64,000 nt of DNA. Origin: Marinicella sp. GTDB lineage: Bacteria; Pseudomonadota; Gammaproteobacteria; Xanthomonadales; Marinicellaceae. This document shows positions 59,980 to 64,000 of the stretch, one piece after another. The DNA lies in the NCBI GenBank assembly GCA_965230295.1, contig OZ246001.1, positions 672,001 to 736,000 of the forward strand, read 5' to 3'. Each line of letters begins with the position of its first letter. Positions within the stretch are counted from its first letter, which is position 1. The notes under the pieces are model-generated. The model saw only the letters and a program-made list of their open reading frames with translations, searched no databases and had not been told where the DNA came from. Position numbers and translations under genes: made by a program.

Positions 59980-61452
59980 CTATAATCCTTTGGTGGCTTG
60001 TTCAACCGCTTTGAATACAGCTTTAGATTTGTTCATGATTTCCTGCCACTCATTTTCGGCCGTACTGTCAGCCACAATGCCAGCACCTGCCTGGACATGC
60101 AATTCTTGATCTTTGATCACTGCAGTGCGAATTGCAATGGCCATATCCATGTCACCATGCCAACCCCAATAACCCACTGCACCAGCATACACATTGCGTT
60201 TTACTTTTTCTAATTCGGCAATCACCTCCATGGCCCTGACTTTTGCTGCACCCGATAAGGTGCCGGCCGGGAATACCGCTTTGATGATGTCGGCATTGGT
60301 TTTGCCCGTCTGTAACTGACCTCGTATTTCTGAAACAATGTGCATCACATGTGAATAATGCTCAATGATCATTTTATCCTTTAATACAACAGTACCAATC
60401 TCAGCGATACGTCCTACATCATTGCGACCCAAATCAATCAACATCAAATGCTCTGCAATTTCTTTGGGATCATTCAACAAGTCCATTTCCAAAGCCTTGT
60501 CTTCTTCAGGCGTTTTTCCCCTGGGCCGCGTACCTGCAATGGGGCGCAAGGTCACTTCATCATCGATGCGGCGCACCAAAACTTCAGGGGAAGAACCCAC
60601 CACCTGATACTCACCAAAGTCCATAAAATACATATACGGACTTGGGTTTGATGCCCTCAAGGCTCGATAAACATCCAAGGGTCTGGCATTGAACCTGGTT
60701 GAAATTCGTTGCGACAACACCACTTGCATGATGTCACCCGATTCGATGTAGGCTTTACACTTGTCGATCGCCACATTGAATTCATCCTGAGTAAAACCCG
60801 TCTTAAAATCTGTGGTGTTGATGCTGTTTTGGTTGATCATCTCAGCGTAACCGGTGGTTCCGGAACGCAGGCGATGGGTCAGGTCATTGAGTCGTTTGCT
60901 GCCTTTTTCATAGGCCAATTCTTCATTCGGGTCAACATGCACAATCAACCACACTTTGCCCGCCAGATTATCGAACACGGCAATGTCTTCAGCCAACATC
61001 ATGTTGATGTCAGGTATGTGTAGCCGATCCTCAGGGGCCAATCCTTTCAGCTTAGGCTCAATCTGTTCAATGATTTCATAGCCGAAATAGCCCACCAATC
61101 CGCCATTGAATGCGGGTAATTCTTCAATTTCCGGCACTTGATATCTGGCCTTGATGGTTTCAACTTGTTGCAACACATCATCGACCTCATATTCATCGAT
61201 CAAGGTGTCGTATGCAAATTCCCGAAATTGGCGACCATAGACTTGGAAGCGAAAATTGGCTGATAAGCCGATGATTGAATAACGTCCCCAACGAGCACCA
61301 CCCTCCACCGACTCCAACAAAAATGTGTGTTTGCCGTTGGCCAGTTTCAACCAGGCACTTAACGGCGTATCTAAATCAGCTGAAATACATTGATACAAGG
61401 GTATGCGGTTGTGGCCTGCTGCTGCCAGTTGGTTGAATCTTTCTTTTTTCAT
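59980..61452 (-). CDS. trpE: Anthranilate synthase component I
   Basis: LLESVEGG, NPSPYM, SSPE, PAGTLSGA, QAGAGIVADS. Confidence 0.97.
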   Translation of the reverse strand: MKKERFNQLAAAGHNRIPLYQCISADLDTPLSAWLKLANGKHTFLLESVEGGARWGRYSIIGLSANFRFQVYGRQFREFAYDTLIDEYEVDDVLQQVETIKARYQVPEIEELPAFNGGLVGYFGYEIIEQIEPKLKGLAPEDRLHIPDINMMLAEDIAVFDNLAGKVWLIVHVDPNEELAYEKGSKRLNDLTHRLRSGTTGYAEMINQNSINTTDFKTGFTQDEFNVAIDKCKAYIESGDIMQVVLSQRISTRFNARPLDVYRALRASNPSPYMYFMDFGEYQVVGSSPEVLVRRIDDEVTLRPIAGTRPRGKTPEEDKALEMDLLNDPKEIAEHLMLIDLGRNDVGRIAEIGTVVLKDKMIIEHYSHVMHIVSEIRGQLQTGKTNADIIKAVFPAGTLSGAAKVRAMEVIAELEKVKRNVYAGAVGYWGWHGDMDMAIAIRTAVIKDQELHVQAGAGIVADSTAENEWQEIMNKSKAVFKAVEQATKGL

Positions 61453-61658
61453 GGGTTATTAGAAATCATGCATTGGTCTTAAGCGGTATCTTACATCTTG
61501 ATATGGCAGCTGCAAACCTTATTTATTCAACATTATTAAAAAGACATGGTGCCAGCTGAGACAGTGCGGTGCTGTGAAGTTTTTTTTAACTCAATCACAA
61601 TTGCCGTCCTTCAGATCCATTACAATGTATCACCAATTAATCCACCTGAGTTCATGTG

Positions 61659-62903
61659 ATGACAAAATTCCTGATTATGCCACTTTGGATTTTGCTCAGC
61701 CAATCCGTAGATGCCAAGCCTCGCTGTGAGCTCATTGCAGGACAAGCAGAGAATGCCAACCAAAACTGGGTTTGGCAATGGCAAGATAAACACCTGCGGT
61801 GTTCGCTACCAAACGCTGAAACCACCCGTCAAGGTTTTGACATGGCTAATTTGTTGATCATCAGAGGACATGGCAAAAACATCAACACCGACAAATACCA
61901 GATCATTCATCGCGCTCATGGCTATCATTTGGTTCTGAATTTGGGCCATAACAACGAACAAAGCCATTCACACAATCACCACTTGGATTTCATTCCTTTA
62001 ACCGATTTCAAGGGCATCAAAAAAGCATCACCATCATTAAAAAAACCCGCCCTGCGCAACGTGCAAAATTTAGTCAACCAAGTGGATGCCAGTCGTTGGC
62101 GTGATGATGTCACCACTTTAAGTTCTTGGTCAAGGAGAACCGGCGAAAGTGGCAATGTGGCTGCTGCCAACTGGATTGAGACAAAACTGACCAACCTGGG
62201 CTACCAAACCAGTCAGCAACCCTTCCAGGTGGGCCAAACCCCCACCAACAACATCATTGGCATCAAACCAGGCATGACCAGACCCGATGATTGGTATTTG
62301 GTTGGCGCACACATGGATTCGGTACCTTCAGGCAATGCGCCTGGAGCCGTCGACAATGCCAGTGGTTGTGCAGCCACCTTAGAAATGGCGCAAATTGCGA
62401 GTGTATATCAGTTTGAAGGCACACTGATATTCATGTGTTTTTCTGGAGAAGAACAAGGACTGATTGGCAGTGAATACCATGCCGACAGCTTGATCAATGG
62501 CGAGGATGACGACAAAATCAAATTGGCGCTGACCTTAGATATGGTTGGCTATACCAGCAACAGTGATCATGAACTGCTGATTGAGTCTTCTTCAACCTAT
62601 CAGCCACTGATGAATGAAATGGCACAATACGCTGCCACTTATGCACCCGGGTTAACCGTTTATACCAGCACCAACTATTTTGGGTCTGACCATGTGTCAT
62701 ATATCGACAATGGTATGCCAGGTATATTATCCATAGATGATGATTGGAACGTATACCCCGCCTACCACCAAAGCAATGACTTGCCGGAAAACATCAACTT
62801 GACTCAAGGCGAATACATCATCAAGACCAACATGGCAACACTGGTGGAAAAAGCTGTTGTCATGGGTTCGTTTGATTTGATTTTTGCAGACGACTTTGAC
62901 TGA
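61659..62903 (+). CDS. Secreted M28 aminopeptidase with C-terminal DLIFADDFD tail
   Basis: Signal peptide; GAHMDS, GAVDNASG, GEEQGLIGS, LDM, SDH, YH. Confidence 0.9.
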   Translation: MTKFLIMPLWILLSQSVDAKPRCELIAGQAENANQNWVWQWQDKHLRCSLPNAETTRQGFDMANLLIIRGHGKNINTDKYQIIHRAHGYHLVLNLGHNNEQSHSHNHHLDFIPLTDFKGIKKASPSLKKPALRNVQNLVNQVDASRWRDDVTTLSSWSRRTGESGNVAAANWIETKLTNLGYQTSQQPFQVGQTPTNNIIGIKPGMTRPDDWYLVGAHMDSVPSGNAPGAVDNASGCAATLEMAQIASVYQFEGTLIFMCFSGEEQGLIGSEYHADSLINGEDDDKIKLALTLDMVGYTSNSDHELLIESSSTYQPLMNEMAQYAATYAPGLTVYTSTNYFGSDHVSYIDNGMPGILSIDDDWNVYPAYHQSNDLPENINLTQGEYIIKTNMATLVEKAVVMGSFDLIFADDFD

Positions 62904-62907
62904 TTAT

Positions 62908-63582
62908 TCAATCAGAATAGTCATACGCCCCACCTTTTTCTAATGCCTTTTGGTATGCAGGGCGTGCTTGAAACTCCCTGACAAAGCGGTAAACATGCGG
63001 ATGTGAAGACTTGGTTATTGAACCTTTGGCCACACTGGCTTCTAAAGGAAAAGACATCTGAATATCGGCACCACTGATTTGATCACCCGTAAAGTACGCT
63101 TGTTTGGCCAAATGATCTTCTACGTATTGAAAATGATTAACAATGTTGGGCGTCACAAACGAATCCATCACTTTATTGGCAATGGCCCTGGCAACGGGCT
63201 TCACAAAAAAAGGCATGGGACTGGTTTTGACCTTATCAAATACAATTTTCAGTAACAAAGGCGACATCATAGATCCTTCTGCATAATGCAGCCAGTACAT
63301 GTATGCCTGATAACGTTTTGAATTGCGTCTTGGCACCCATTCCCCAGCCCCGTATTTGTGCCCCAAGTAATCGATGATGGCTCCGGATTCTGCCAACACC
63401 TGATCACCATCTGTGACCACCGGAGACTTTCCTAAGGGGTGAATTTTTTTCAGTGATTCTGGAGCCAATTGAGTTTTGGCATCGCGTTCATAAAATTTAA
63501 TCTCATAATCAACACCCAATTCTTCAAGCAACCAAAGGATACGTTGTGACCGGGAGTTATTTAAGTGATGAACTGTGAGCAT
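62908..63582 (-). CDS. Glutathione S-transferase
   Basis: SRSQRILWLLEEL, HPLGKSP, AESGAI, SGADI. Confidence 0.95.
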   Translation of the reverse strand: MLTVHHLNNSRSQRILWLLEELGVDYEIKFYERDAKTQLAPESLKKIHPLGKSPVVTDGDQVLAESGAIIDYLGHKYGAGEWVPRRNSKRYQAYMYWLHYAEGSMMSPLLLKIVFDKVKTSPMPFFVKPVARAIANKVMDSFVTPNIVNHFQYVEDHLAKQAYFTGDQISGADIQMSFPLEASVAKGSITKSSHPHVYRFVREFQARPAYQKALEKGGAYDYSD

Positions 63583-63644
63583 AATATATAACGATTGTTG
63601 AATGGTTCGAGTTTACCACCAATGATGTCAAAAAAGGTTCAACG

Positions 63645-64000
63645 CTACCCTTTGATCTCAGCATTGCCCACGTTATAAAAAGAACGAATGGACTTGATCA
63701 GTTCACCTTCCAGTTCATACCACTCACAAACCTCCATGGATAAACCGGTCAATTCATTGTTCTGATGGAACTGAACACACACCTGACGGCCTTGCTTGAT
63801 GTGTTTCAAAACTGTTAACTCATTACCTAAGAAATCATCTTTGTTCTTACTGACTATATCCAAATAAGTTTGTTTTGATTCGATGGTACCGAAGGGACTG
63901 GTGTGTTTGAAATCATCGGCGATTGGCAAATCATCGACCTGCCCTGAATTCCAACAATCAAACCATTTTTGTACCACTGGGTCAATTTCGATTGCATGCA
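63645..64000 (-). CDS. SnoaL/NTF2-like protein (5' end runs off window)
   Basis: Frame open to the window edge (HAIEIDPVVQKWF...); F.HTSPFG, IKSIRSFY pattern. Confidence 0.7.
   Translation of the reverse strand, partial: HAIEIDPVVQKWFDCWNSGQVDDLPIADDFKHTSPFGTIESKQTYLDIVSKNKDDFLGNELTVLKHIKQGRQVCVQFHQNNELTGLSMEVCEWYELEGELIKSIRSFYNVGNAEIKG

Noticed and set aside
61453-61655. trp attenuator/leader peptide upstream of trpE
   Set aside because: No Trp-codon leader ORF or terminator/antiterminator found.
1-64000. CRISPR arrays, tRNA/rRNA, prophage, IS transposases, defence systems
   Set aside because: No repeat-spacer periodicity, RNA gene signatures or relevant protein motifs seen; nearly all the sequence is explained by housekeeping CDSs.

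Overview
Core-chromosome window from a moderate-GC (roughly mid-40s %, by eye) gammaproteobacterium. The gene order suggests Xanthomonadales affinity, possibly Marinicella-like; this is inferred from the dcw cluster lacking murD, trmB-SLC13, yihY-tlpA, dut-long PMM and the C-terminal IFADGF tails. Contents in order: the dcw cluster (mraZ to lpxC, minus strand), a Zn-ribbon protein and a TPR-GGDEF cyclase, monomeric icd, a secreted metzincin, marR-hutUHG, a Fur-boxed degenerate Fur-like gene, an alpha/beta hydrolase, trmB-SLC13, gpmA-dxs, radC/dut plus a frameshift-split membrane-anchored PMM/PGM, cytochrome b561, SPFH-YdbS-YdbT, an M16 peptidase, nnr-tsaE-amiB/queG, yihY-tlpA, trpE-[TonB receptor]-trpGDC-mtnN, an M28 peptidase, a GST and a SnoaL-like gene. 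No tRNA, rRNA, CRISPR array, transposase, integrase or RT was seen. Best leads: (1) a shared C-terminal DLIFAD[G/D]F tag on two unrelated secreted peptidases, a candidate sorting signal; (2) a Fur-boxed, His-rich pseudo-Fur protein with a degenerate DNA-binding helix; (3) a 169-nt highly structured element upstream of trmB; (4) a C-rich/anti-SD-loop RNA candidate in the ftsZ 3' region; (5) a -1 frameshift separating a membrane/periplasmic module from PMM/PGM.
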